Source: Scyliorhinus canicula (taxonomy: Eukaryota). From it: 64,000 nucleotides of DNA. The number at the start of each line of letters is the position of its first letter. Within the stretch, counting starts at the first letter, position 1. The stretch spans positions 2,349,323 to 2,413,322 of the forward strand of contig NW_024055461.1 of the NCBI RefSeq assembly GCF_902713615.1, in the 5' to 3' direction. The notes under the pieces were generated by a model, which worked only from the letters and a program-made list of their open reading frames with translations, made no database searches and was not told the DNA's origin. Shown piece by piece: positions 10,227-20,403 of this stretch. Both the position numbers and the translations under genes were made by a program.

Positions 10227-13200
10227 ATGGCAATTAGGGTAATTCTCATGCCCTGGGATACGGTCAAGAGAAATGTAGAAATGAAATGGGAATGGAAGAA
10301 ATTAAAAGAGCAAAAGAAATCCTGGACAGGAGATATGTATCCAGACGGAGATATCTCCCTCTTTGTTAGAGTGCCAAAAGCCCTGCAATATACAGATTCA
10401 GTCAGGGTCCTTAAAGCACTTTGTCATTTTGCATTTGAAAAGCGAGCTGAATCACTAATCGTGTTTGGACACAGACAGAAGCATGCAGCTGCTCAAGTGG
10501 GCAAAGTGTGTTCCAAACTGATTAAAATCATTGACGGAGTAAACAGGACAGAAATAATACAGATCCCTAGTAAACCCAAAAGTAACTCTGAAGTGGTAGG
10601 CAAATATATAAAACAACTGCAGAAAAATGAACCATTAGAAATGGAAAGTGACGAGGAATCAGGCCTAGAATCAGATAGCCGAGAGAATTCGGACTCCTGT
10701 GAAAATTTCCCAACGGGATACAATTTTCCATACCCAGATCCAAGTCTGTTTCAGGAAGAAAATTGGCCTCAGCAATCTGCCACACATAAGAAAGAAGCGT
10801 TTATCGATCATTTCGTTGAACCACAAGAAAGTGAAGAGGAACAAGGCATAGTTGGGATTATGGCGCCTCCTGTGATGGGACAGGAAGAATTATCATCCTC
10901 ATCCGAGAATGAGGAAATAGTCAAACCAAAGAGAGGAATAGGGAATAGAAAAAATTCTAAACCATTAGAAATAGGGGATTATAGCGATCACTGGAAACAC
11001 CAACAACCTTCCACTTATCAACCAGTAAATAAGGATGTACCGTATTATATTTATAATCCAGAAGCAGAAATGGTACACCATAGAGATCAGGAAGGATGGG
11101 AAAGAGAGGTTACAGCTAGGGGACTTAAAATAGGAGAAATATTAGGCGGAAGTCAACAAATTGATTCTACGAAATTACTGGAATTACCAAACGTTACCCC
11201 CAAAGCTAAAATTTGGCAAATGAGCAAAGGGTATGACAGTTTCGGAAGAGCCATGAGTAGGGTAAGGAACAGCACAGAAACACAAGGCCAGATAATAGCA
11301 GCACTAAGACCACAGGAAAGGATACAGAATCATCCAAGACCCCAAAAAACTGCTCCTACTCCAATGGATAGGGCAAGCTATGCTCCACGAGATAGCCAGG
11401 TACCAAGTGCAAGGTTTGAAGAATATATAGAATCGGTGGAAGAGTTTGCACAACATAGTACCCCCTATTTTGAGGAAGAACCGGTACGACGACGGATACA
11501 TTTCTCCGAATATAGGGACCCAGATAGAGGTGCCCCTTTGAGAACACCATGCCCCAGAAGTGAGAAAATAGTCCAGTCATTTACACCAGGTCCAGAGGAA
11601 GGACAGGGAGGCATGGTACCGTATAAAATAGTAGCAGCCGTAATGAAGACAGCAGGCCCAAAGAAACATGGGGAGAGTAAAATTGAGTATTCACAGAGGT
11701 TAAAACAGTTAGCGAAGAAAATGGGGGCATCAGGAGAATCCACCAAATTGATTGATTTACATACAGTGGGAGAAATAGTTACAGGCGAAGTCGCAGATTT
11801 AATAAATGAGTTAGATTTGGGAAATGAGAGAGCTAATTTAATGAAAGAGATGACAGAGGCAGCATATGCAGGGGAACACCTCACACCATATATCGACCGA
11901 ATATATGAGGTTAATAAGGAAGAGGGGGTCGATGTAGTCAGATTCCTGAGGGAATTAGGACCCAAGATTCCAGGAGGAAAAAGCCTCTCAATAATACTGT
12001 TAACGACCTCTAGAAGAGAAATAGGAAGAGAACTGGTTAAATTTGATTTGGCAGGCAAAGCATTTAAGGATAAACACACAAAAGGGGAACAAAAAAGAGC
12101 AGCTGCCCAAAATAATGTTTCAACACAAAATGCTCAGATTAGACCACCAAACCGACAGATACCTGACAAATCGGAACAAAATCCAGCACAACCAGCAATG
12201 CCACAACATGGGTATAATTTGCGGTCACAAGGGCCACCTCCACCACAAAATCTAGATTATTTACCAAGGGGACAATTCCTAGCCCTCAGTCGGGAGGAAA
12301 GAGACAGATTCATTGAGGATAGGAGAAGAAGAGCAGCTGGTCAGGGGAGGATTGAGCAAGGTAGATATCAACCACCAGAAGGGTATCCGGGACGCTCGCG
12401 AGGGGGATTCCGAGGAGGAGGCAGAGGAGGCCCCGGTATATATGGACAGGATTCGGCTTCTCCCCTTAAACAGGCTATACAAAATCTAACAACAGAAACA
12501 GACAAAGGAGAATTAGTAGTAGTATACAAGGGGGAAAGATGTATAGTGGACACAGGGGCTGAGATATCAATGATAAGGGAAGAAGCTGGAAATCCGACAG
12601 GAAAGAAATACATAGTAGAAGGAGCATTAGGGAATAAGGATATTAGACCAGAAGTTAGATTGGGAGAATTACTGGCAATATCAGGAACTGATAATCTGAT
12701 GGCAGGGAAAGATTTAATAAAAATAGATACTGGAAAAATAAGGATATTAAAACCAATTGATAACATGGAGGAAATAAGGAAACAGAAAGAGAAAAGTATT
12801 TTAAATGACGAAGCTTGGAAGAAGATGGAAGAAGTACTGATGGGAGCAAACCTAGCGATAGGTAAGAATGACACAGGTTTGCTTAGCCAGCAATTTCAAC
12901 ACACAATTCACGGGGGACAACACAGACCTCAAAAACAGTATCCTTTGCCTAGAGGAGCTAAGAGTGAGCTGGAGATAATAATCAAGGAATTGGAGCAGCA
13001 GGGGATTATTCAAGGGGTCACATATGCCTCAACAAATAGTCCACTTCAGGTAGTAAGAAAACCAGATGGCACATTTAGAATGGTAACAAATTACAAAGCT
13101 TTAAATAAAGTCACAAAGAAGGACAAGAGATATTTAATAAATCCACAAGCTACCTTAGAGCAAGTCGCGGGAAAAACTTACTTAACTAGTATAGATTTGG

Positions 13201-15515
13201 CGAATGGATTCTGGAGTGTTCCATTAGACCCAGACAGCAGGGAGAAAACAGCATTCACCTTTGGAACTAAGCATTATGTATATTGTAGACTTCCACAGGG
13301 ATATGTTAATTCTCCAAATCACTTTCAGGCAGTAATCAGGGAGCTGATTCAAGATGATTTGGCCTTAGTATATATCGATGATATATTAATTGGAGATGAC
13401 GATCAGGACAAACATGTGGAAAGAGTGGCCAGGATCATTAAGACACTTGGTGAAGCAGGCTTTAAAATAGGGCTAAAGAAATGTCAAATTGGGAGAAGCG
13501 AAGTCAACTATTTGGGTTATTCAGTATCGAAGGAAGGTAGAGAGGCCAGTATTGAAATGAGGAAGAAGATAGCTGAAATTACTGCGCCTGTTTCGAAAAA
13601 AGGGGTTCAAAAAATAATGGGAATGTTGGGATATCTAAGGCCAGTAGTGAAGGACTTCAGTCTCTATGCTAAAGCCATTTATCAAACCTTGAAAGGGGAT
13701 TTTATTTGGACCAGCGAGGCCCAGAGAGGGTTAGATCAGTTAAAGGCAGCAATTGCGATATCGGGGTCATTAGTTGGGAGACAAGAAGAGGATGATTTAA
13801 GCATTAAATTAGACATATATAAAAATGGATATGGTATGGTACTTGCTAATCTTAGCAATCAGACACCTATCAAACATCTGACAGGAAACTGGTCGAGAGC
13901 TGAACAAAAGTTTTCAAACATCGAGAAATGTCTAGCAGCTATAACAAAGAGAATAGCAGAGATAGAAAACTTGTCGGGTGGTAAGAAAATTTATGTCACA
14001 ACTGAGTTTCTGGAGTTAAAGGAGCTAACCAAGAGACAGATTTGCCAGCAAGGCGCGAATACAGCTCGATGGGAAAGATGGGAAACCATTCTTCTAAACC
14101 CTGACTTAATGTTTGTTCATAACATTCAAAAGGGACAGAAACTTGATGAGCCAGTTAGTAAAACGGAGTTGGTGAATGCTTGGGTATTATATACTGATGG
14201 TAGTAAAGTCAAGAAGGACGAAGAACAAGCCAGATGGGCATTCATTTTAAAAAATTCAGGAAACATAGTAGTGGAGGAACAGGGAGTAATCATTGGATCA
14301 GCTCAGACAGCTGAGGTAGAGGGAGTATTGCAAGGGCTAAAGGAGTGTCACCAGCGAAAGCTGCAGGAAGTTACCGTTGTAACCGATAGCTTTTTCGTGC
14401 AGCAAGGATTGGAGAAAGATTTGGAGTTTTGGAAACTAAACGGTTGGACGAACGGTAGAAATAAACTACTGGAACAGAAAGAACAGTGGGAAGAGATAGA
14501 TAAAATTTTAGCCGATATGGAGATCCAGACAATTCATCAAAAAGCACACACAAAAGGAATTGGGGAACTGTGTAAGGGGAATCAGGAAGTGGATGAATTA
14601 GCCAGACTTAGGACAATAATCTTGGGGACTCTTGGGAACTCAGCAGCCGACCATCAAATGATAATTAAGCAAGTACATGAAGCCACAGGACATGGGGGTC
14701 ATGTTGTAGTCTCAAGGGAGTTGAAGAAGTTGGGACTTAAAATAGCCTATTGGAGACAACATTTAACTGCAGTAAGGAGAAAATGTGAGAGATGTATGGC
14801 CTGTGGAGGACAGAGAGGAAATAAAACATATGGGAGCATAAAAACTGAGAAACCAATGCAGGAATGGTCATTAGATTATGCAGGACCACTTTTTCCCAGA
14901 AGCAGCAAAGGTAATTTGTATTTTTTAGTCAAAGCTGATAGCTGCACGGGAGAAATTGACCTTAGAGCAACCAGCAAAGCAAATGGAGCCACAACCAAAA
15001 GGGTATTGGCAGAAATGATGACCTCCAGAGGTAGACCAGAATCGATCCGAATGGACAACGCGCCACACTTTAGAAACAATACTGTTATTAACTTTTGTGC
15101 TGACAGAGGAATAACAATCAATTGGGCCGTGAAATATGCACCTGAGAGTAATGGAATGGCTGAGAGGTCTGTAAGAAAAGTAAAGGATTGGATCATAAAG
15201 AATCAGAATAATAAAGGCTGGGATAAAGACATTGAAAGAATAGTATTTGATCTTAATAGCAACCTTGGAACCTCTGTCCCCCAGGGACAAGGAGACCCAA
15301 GTGAATCTGGGAATTATCAAGTAGGAGACGAAGTTTGGGTGAAGTTACCAACTAAGACTGCGGGGAAAATCATTCGCGAGACTGTAAAATGTAAAGACAA
15401 GATTGTTCAGATTCTGGGTACACATACAATTGAATTAGAGAAGCATGGTGTCTGGAGCAAAAGAAATTGTGTCACGCTTGAAACACACGACCCAGTGAGC
15501 ATCAGAGGAGTTTGA
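10227..15515 (+). CDS. gag-pol: Gag-Pol polyprotein, 1762 aa from the first ATG: long Gag, aspartic protease, RT, degenerate RNase H tether, active RNase H, integrase
   Basis: The ORF track begins at GTG 10182; first ATG 10227 has strong context (AAAATGG). Motifs: RGG box ~12390-12435, DTG 12549, DLANGFW 13194, LPQG, YIDD 13371, YTDGS (D 14196), HHCC from 14676, integrase D 14874 / D 15054 / E 15162 (D-35-E). No stop or frameshift. Confidence 0.95.
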   Translation: MAIRVILMPWDTVKRNVEMKWEWKKLKEQKKSWTGDMYPDGDISLFVRVPKALQYTDSVRVLKALCHFAFEKRAESLIVFGHRQKHAAAQVGKVCSKLIKIIDGVNRTEIIQIPSKPKSNSEVVGKYIKQLQKNEPLEMESDEESGLESDSRENSDSCENFPTGYNFPYPDPSLFQEENWPQQSATHKKEAFIDHFVEPQESEEEQGIVGIMAPPVMGQEELSSSSENEEIVKPKRGIGNRKNSKPLEIGDYSDHWKHQQPSTYQPVNKDVPYYIYNPEAEMVHHRDQEGWEREVTARGLKIGEILGGSQQIDSTKLLELPNVTPKAKIWQMSKGYDSFGRAMSRVRNSTETQGQIIAALRPQERIQNHPRPQKTAPTPMDRASYAPRDSQVPSARFEEYIESVEEFAQHSTPYFEEEPVRRRIHFSEYRDPDRGAPLRTPCPRSEKIVQSFTPGPEEGQGGMVPYKIVAAVMKTAGPKKHGESKIEYSQRLKQLAKKMGASGESTKLIDLHTVGEIVTGEVADLINELDLGNERANLMKEMTEAAYAGEHLTPYIDRIYEVNKEEGVDVVRFLRELGPKIPGGKSLSIILLTTSRREIGRELVKFDLAGKAFKDKHTKGEQKRAAAQNNVSTQNAQIRPPNRQIPDKSEQNPAQPAMPQHGYNLRSQGPPPPQNLDYLPRGQFLALSREERDRFIEDRRRRAAGQGRIEQGRYQPPEGYPGRSRGGFRGGGRGGPGIYGQDSASPLKQAIQNLTTETDKGELVVVYKGERCIVDTGAEISMIREEAGNPTGKKYIVEGALGNKDIRPEVRLGELLAISGTDNLMAGKDLIKIDTGKIRILKPIDNMEEIRKQKEKSILNDEAWKKMEEVLMGANLAIGKNDTGLLSQQFQHTIHGGQHRPQKQYPLPRGAKSELEIIIKELEQQGIIQGVTYASTNSPLQVVRKPDGTFRMVTNYKALNKVTKKDKRYLINPQATLEQVAGKTYLTSIDLANGFWSVPLDPDSREKTAFTFGTKHYVYCRLPQGYVNSPNHFQAVIRELIQDDLALVYIDDILIGDDDQDKHVERVARIIKTLGEAGFKIGLKKCQIGRSEVNYLGYSVSKEGREASIEMRKKIAEITAPVSKKGVQKIMGMLGYLRPVVKDFSLYAKAIYQTLKGDFIWTSEAQRGLDQLKAAIAISGSLVGRQEEDDLSIKLDIYKNGYGMVLANLSNQTPIKHLTGNWSRAEQKFSNIEKCLAAITKRIAEIENLSGGKKIYVTTEFLELKELTKRQICQQGANTARWERWETILLNPDLMFVHNIQKGQKLDEPVSKTELVNAWVLYTDGSKVKKDEEQARWAFILKNSGNIVVEEQGVIIGSAQTAEVEGVLQGLKECHQRKLQEVTVVTDSFFVQQGLEKDLEFWKLNGWTNGRNKLLEQKEQWEEIDKILADMEIQTIHQKAHTKGIGELCKGNQEVDELARLRTIILGTLGNSAADHQMIIKQVHEATGHGGHVVVSRELKKLGLKIAYWRQHLTAVRRKCERCMACGGQRGNKTYGSIKTEKPMQEWSLDYAGPLFPRSSKGNLYFLVKADSCTGEIDLRATSKANGATTKRVLAEMMTSRGRPESIRMDNAPHFRNNTVINFCADRGITINWAVKYAPESNGMAERSVRKVKDWIIKNQNNKGWDKDIERIVFDLNSNLGTSVPQGQGDPSESGNYQVGDEVWVKLPTKTAGKIIRETVKCKDKIVQILGTHTIELEKHGVWSKRNCVTLETHDPVSIRGV

Positions 15516-16848
15516 GATTCTTCGAATCTCACTCAGGGGTGCAATGACAGAAGGAGGCTTGACTACATCAAGGATATGGAATATAAACCAGTTCAAAAAG
15601 AAATGATGGCAAAAGGAATCCGGAAGTCCTGGAGAGGGCACTTCTGGGATAATCCGAATTAAAGAATAGGGCCCTCTCCACCCTTGATCTGTTCATTTGC
15701 TTTTTCAGGTGGAAAAAATTAATAACAAACCAGGTCGCAAGAAGGAAGAGAACTACACTCCAATAACAAACCAGTTCGTGAGAAGGAAGAGAACTACACT
15801 CCAGAGAAGAATCTGTTCGACAGGATTGGGGGGAAACTAATGATATAATTGGCTACAAATTTGAGGGAATTAAATGCAAATTAGAATATCAAATTATAAC
15901 TGGACAGTGAAACCCCCGGTCAGACATCTCTAACTGGACATTAGTTGATGGATGATCTGTGGTCTCCATGGGGTATGTACTACGCAGTGGAATCATTAAG
16001 GTCTCGGCAGCAGATAGCAGCGACTGACGAGGAACCCCAATATGATCAATGATAATAGGTTAAGAATTTCAGTAGCTTGATACTACGGCGGGAAAATTGT
16101 TACCAATGCAACAAAACAATATTGCATTGAAGAGCTATAATCGTTGATAAGAAAATTTTTTTATTTTCATGTAAATTGATAGGGACTGTTGTATATATAT
16201 GAGAAGGGGGGTATGTGTGTCGGTAAATAACTTGATCCGCATTTCTAAACTGTGAATGTTTTAATAGAGGGTTAGTTAGTATGTAATAATGATTGTTCCA
16301 AAAGCCAAGAAGCGATGTTTCGATATTGATATTAAATTGTTAACAGTTGAAAATATGTAAAGTGTAACACACAGTCTATTGGTTAGGTAATGAATAAGGT
16401 GTTAAGATAAGATAAAAATTTTACTATGTATAGAACAATAGGGAGAATTTGTTTGGGAAGAAAAAAAAAGAGACGGTTCAATGCGGTTTTGTAAATGCTG
16501 AAATGAAAAATATACACGTTGTCAGAAAGATGTTCTCTCATGTAAACCAGGGGTTGGCAGACTTACATGATTCACGACAATGTTAGACATTAATGGGGAA
16601 GTTAGGAATACAAGCAGGATCAATTGAACATTTTAAATTAATAAGACTAGGGGATCAGTGGGGGGTAAAAGATATCACAATTACCACATTCCAATCAGAA
16701 ATGGAAAACAAGTTGGACTGGAACGGAAAACAAGACTTGTATTGACACTGGTCGGTGATATGCATACAAATGACAATGATCAGGGATGTAGGTTAGTACA
16801 ATTGGATGGGGGGACAATAAACCAAATTATAGTAATGTTTCAAATGTC

Positions 16849-16857
16849 AAGACGGGG
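16849..16857 (+). promoter_or_regulatory. Short polypurine tract candidate AAGACGGGG
   Basis: Purine-rich 9-mer immediately 5' of the 3' LTR; contains one pyrimidine. Confidence 0.55.
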
Positions 16858-17815
16858 TGTTCTGGAAAATACAGAATGTGTCATTTGAAACATAGAGGTC
16901 TGCCAACATCTGATCGGGGAGAGTGCAGGGAAAGATCCCACAAGAGGTTGGTGGCAGCTGAAGGGCACAGAAACTGTGGGCAGCAATTTCAGTCTATCAG
17001 AATGGTTATTACAACCTGCAGCAGGAAAAAGGCAAAAGAAAAAGTTTTAAAAAATCTCTTTGTGTTGTTGGAAAATTGTGATGGACTGCCCCTTTAAGAC
17101 CCGAAGTCCGATCCTTATCAGAGGTCCCGATCAGAACAGCTGAAACAAAGAAACCAGCGTGGACTTCAGACTCCTCCCCTTTTTCTCCCCACGAGGCAAG
17201 AAGCAGAACAAAGACACCAGCAGCAGAACACCAGCGGCACCCGAAGAAGGAAGAAGGACAGCAAGAGCAGAGGCCCAGCAGAGGGAAGGCCCAAAAAGAC
17301 CAGACCAGACCAGACCAGACCAGAAGGAAGACGGAGCAGCAGCAGGAGAGAAGCAGCCACAGAAGAAAGAAGAGGAGGAAAAGAGAAAACTGCACCGGGA
17401 GAGATGACCAGGAGGCTTGAAAGTGAAAGAGAGAGAGAGAGAGTCTGAAGGCCTCACCAACCAACCAGACAACATCAAAAAGTAAATAATGTTTTAATTT
17501 AATGAGATAAAAAGAGTATGTTAATAATAAAATAATTTAACCTGAAAAAGTGGTTATTAGCTTACTTCACTTCCTTAAGAACGCAGGACCCGTGACATCG
17601 ATGCCATTAAGGGGTAAGTAAGTAAAATTCTTCAGTGAAGGTAGGAGTTATACCGGGGGATAACTTGAAAGGAGAGTTTGACCCGAATAGCACTCTCAGA
17701 GGCCTGTACTGGAGTCAGGGAGGAAGTTCCCTGTTCGCGGTTTTTAGAATATTGGCCCGTAAGGTTCGTTGGTATAAAGGGAATTCTAAAAACATATAGG
17801 TGAATTTAAAAAACA
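16858..17815 (+). repeat. 3' LTR (958 bp)
   Basis: Identical to the 5' LTR by eye except for one missing A in an A-run (A6 at ~8698-8703 versus A5 at ~17039-17043). Confidence 0.97.
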
Positions 17816-19468
17816 GGTGTTAGCAATTTTGGAAAATGTCAAAATAGATAAGTCCCCTGGGCCAGATGGGATTTATCCTAGGATTCTCTGGAAAGCCAGG
17901 GAGGAGATTGCAGAGCCTCTGTCCTTGATCTTTATGTCGTCTTTGTCGACAGGAATAGTGCCGGTAGACTGGAGGATAGGAAATGTTGTCCCCTTGTTCA
18001 AGAAGGGGAGTAGAGACAACCCTGGTAATTATAGACCTGTGAGCCTTACTTCGGTGCGTAAAATGTTGGAAAAGGTTATAAGAGATGGGGTTTATAATCA
18101 TCTTGAAAAGAACAAGTTGATTAGCGATAGTCAACACGGTTTTGTGAAGGGTAGGTCATGCCTCACAAACCTTATTGAGTTTTTTGAGAAGGTGACCAAA
18201 CAGGTGGATGAGGGTAAAGCTGTTGATGTGGTGTATATGGATTTCAGTAAGGCGTTTGATAAGGTTCCCCACGGTAGGCTATTGCAGAAAATAAGGAAGT
18301 ATGGGATTGAAGGTGATTTAGCGGTTTGGATCAGTAATTGGCTAGCTGAAAGAAGACAGAGGGTGGTGGTTGATGGCAAATGTTCATCCTGGAGTTCAGT
18401 TACTAGTGGTGTACCGCAAGGATCTGTTTTGGGGCCACTGCTGTTTGTCATTTTTATAAATGACCAGGAAGAGGGTGTAGAAGGATGGGTTAGTAAATTT
18501 GCAGATGACACGAAGGTCGGTGGAGTTGTGGATAGTGCTGAGGACAGTGCTATAGGATACAGAGGGACATAGATAAGCTGCAGAGCTGGGCTGAGAGGTG
18601 GCAGGTGGAGTTTAATGCGGAAAAGTGTGAGGTGGTTCACTTTGGAAGGAGTAACAGGAATGCAGAGTACTCGGCTAATGGCAAGATTCTTGGTAGTGTA
18701 GATGAACAGAGAGATCTCGGTATCCAGGTACATAAATCCCTGAAAGTTGCCACCCAGGTTAATAGGGCTGTTAAGAAGGCATATGGAGTGCTAGCCTTTA
18801 TCAGCAGGGGGATTGAGTTTCGGAGCCACAAGGTCATGCTGCAGCTGTACATAACTCTGGTGCGGCCGCACCTGGAGTACTGCGTGCAGTTCTGGTCACC
18901 ACATTATAGGAAGGATGTGGAAGCTTTGGAAAGGGTTCAGAGGAGATTCACTAGGATGTTGCCTGGTATGGAGGGAAGGTCTTACGAGGAAAGGCTCAGG
19001 GACTTGAGGTTGTTTTCGTTAGAGAGGAGAAGGCTGAGAGGTGACTTAATAGAGACATATAAGATAGTCAGAGGGTTAGATAGGGTGGACAGTGAGAGTC
19101 TTTTGCCTCGGATGGTGATGACCAACACGAGGGGACGTAGCTTTAAATTGAGGGGTGATAGATATAGGACAGATGTCAGAGGCAGTTTCTTTACTCAGAG
19201 AGTAGTAGGGCTGTGGAACGCCCTGCCTGCAACAGTAGTCGACTCGCCAACTTTAAGGGCATTTAAGTGGTCACTGGATAGACATATGGATGAAAATGGA
19301 ATAGTGTAGGTCAGATAGGCTTCAGATGGTTTCACAGGTCGGCGCAACATCGAGGGCCGAAGGGCCCGTACTGCGCTGTAGTGTTCTATGTTCTATGTTC
19401 TATCACCCACAGCCAGTACTGCCAGTTCTGCCCCACAGCCATCACTTCCAGTGCTTACCGACAGGCAG

Positions 19469-20403
19469 TGTTGCTCGTTCTGGTTGATTGTGCTTAACAC
19501 TCGATTTGGCTGTTTCGTTACTTAGCTTTGGAGTTGCCAGATATCGTTAAGATACCGCCTCAAGTTTCAAGGTCAAGTTCAGAGCAATAAAACCATACAC
19601 CAATTAGTAAGTTCAAACAAATGAGTTTATTATAATACAGTTATAAACTACTCGTGCACATGCTAAAATGATTAAACTATTCCTACCACTAAATAGACCA
19701 ATACTTATCTGAATAAGGAACTGCCGGATCAGGGGAACAATGGCCTCTTGCTCTGCACTGTGTCCGCAGACTTCAGGTTGATACGGGTTAAAAGGGGTCA
19801 GGAGTGTCCATCTCTGGTAGCGATCGTTGGGAGACACTTACTTGCTGGTGGCTGCTGTCCGAACCTCTCCTCTCTCTCGGTCAAGGTCTTCTTCGGTAAA
19901 GGCTGGTCGAGAGGGCTGGTCAAGAGAGGAGGGCTGGTCTAGAAGAACGAACTAAGTTTGGGACCTGTCTTTTATAGGTCCTAGGGCTTCGCGCCCTTTT
20001 GGGCGGACCCTTTTCCTGCTGGGAATCGATTGGGTCTCTTCACAATCGATTTGTTTGAATCACCCCAATACTGAGGCTGTCCCTCGGTTACTGGGCGGGC
20101 CTTCAGGTGCTTTGTTTTCGAATCCCGCTGGTGCCGGGGTGTCTGGTTTCTCATACACTATTGCAATCACTTTGCTATCTGTGTCCATTGTCCCTGGGAT
20201 CGTTCCATTACTATGTTAACTATCCCGGAGATTGGCTCATTAGTATGCGGAATGTTCGTTTCGGTGCTGTCTGCTCTCTTAGCCGACAGAATACACAGTG
20301 GCTTGTTGCGGCCTGCTTGTGCTGCAAACTTTGTCCATTTTACCCTGCAAGCTTTGCATTCCTCCATTTTGTATTGAGGGAATGCCCAACTTCGGTGGCT
20401 ACA
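19469..20403 (-). mobile_element. Solo LTR (935 bp) of a second, unrelated family
   Basis: TG...CA ends; on the minus strand TATAAA at 19971-19976, GTAAGT at 19836-19841 and AATAAA at 19626-19631; imperfect 4-bp TSD GCAG/CCAG. It splits a minisatellite. Confidence 0.7.

Larger units (their letters stand above)
8517..17815 (+). mobile_element. Intact, very young env-less LTR retroelement/ERV with spumaretrovirus- or lokiretrovirus-like Pol
   Basis: TG...CA LTRs at 8517-9475 and 16858-17815; GGTG target-site duplication at 8513-8516 and 17816-17819; PBS, single gag-pol ORF and short purine tract before the 3' LTR. Confidence 0.95.
5759..19403 (+). mobile_element. Near-full-length inactive CR1 LINE hosting a SINE (7266-7604) and an LTR element (8517-17815)
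   Basis: ORF1 (Cys-rich N-terminus, SGNH/GDSL-esterase-like VHIGTND) from ATG 5860; APE endonuclease from ~6830; the reading EEV|LAIL resumes across the LTR insertion; RT 17817-19309; (GTTCTAT)n tail ends at 19403. Stops and frameshifts are present. Confidence 0.95.

Noticed and set aside
15516-16857. env gene
   Set aside because: No long ORF, signal peptide, furin site or transmembrane segment is visible; only short ORFs.
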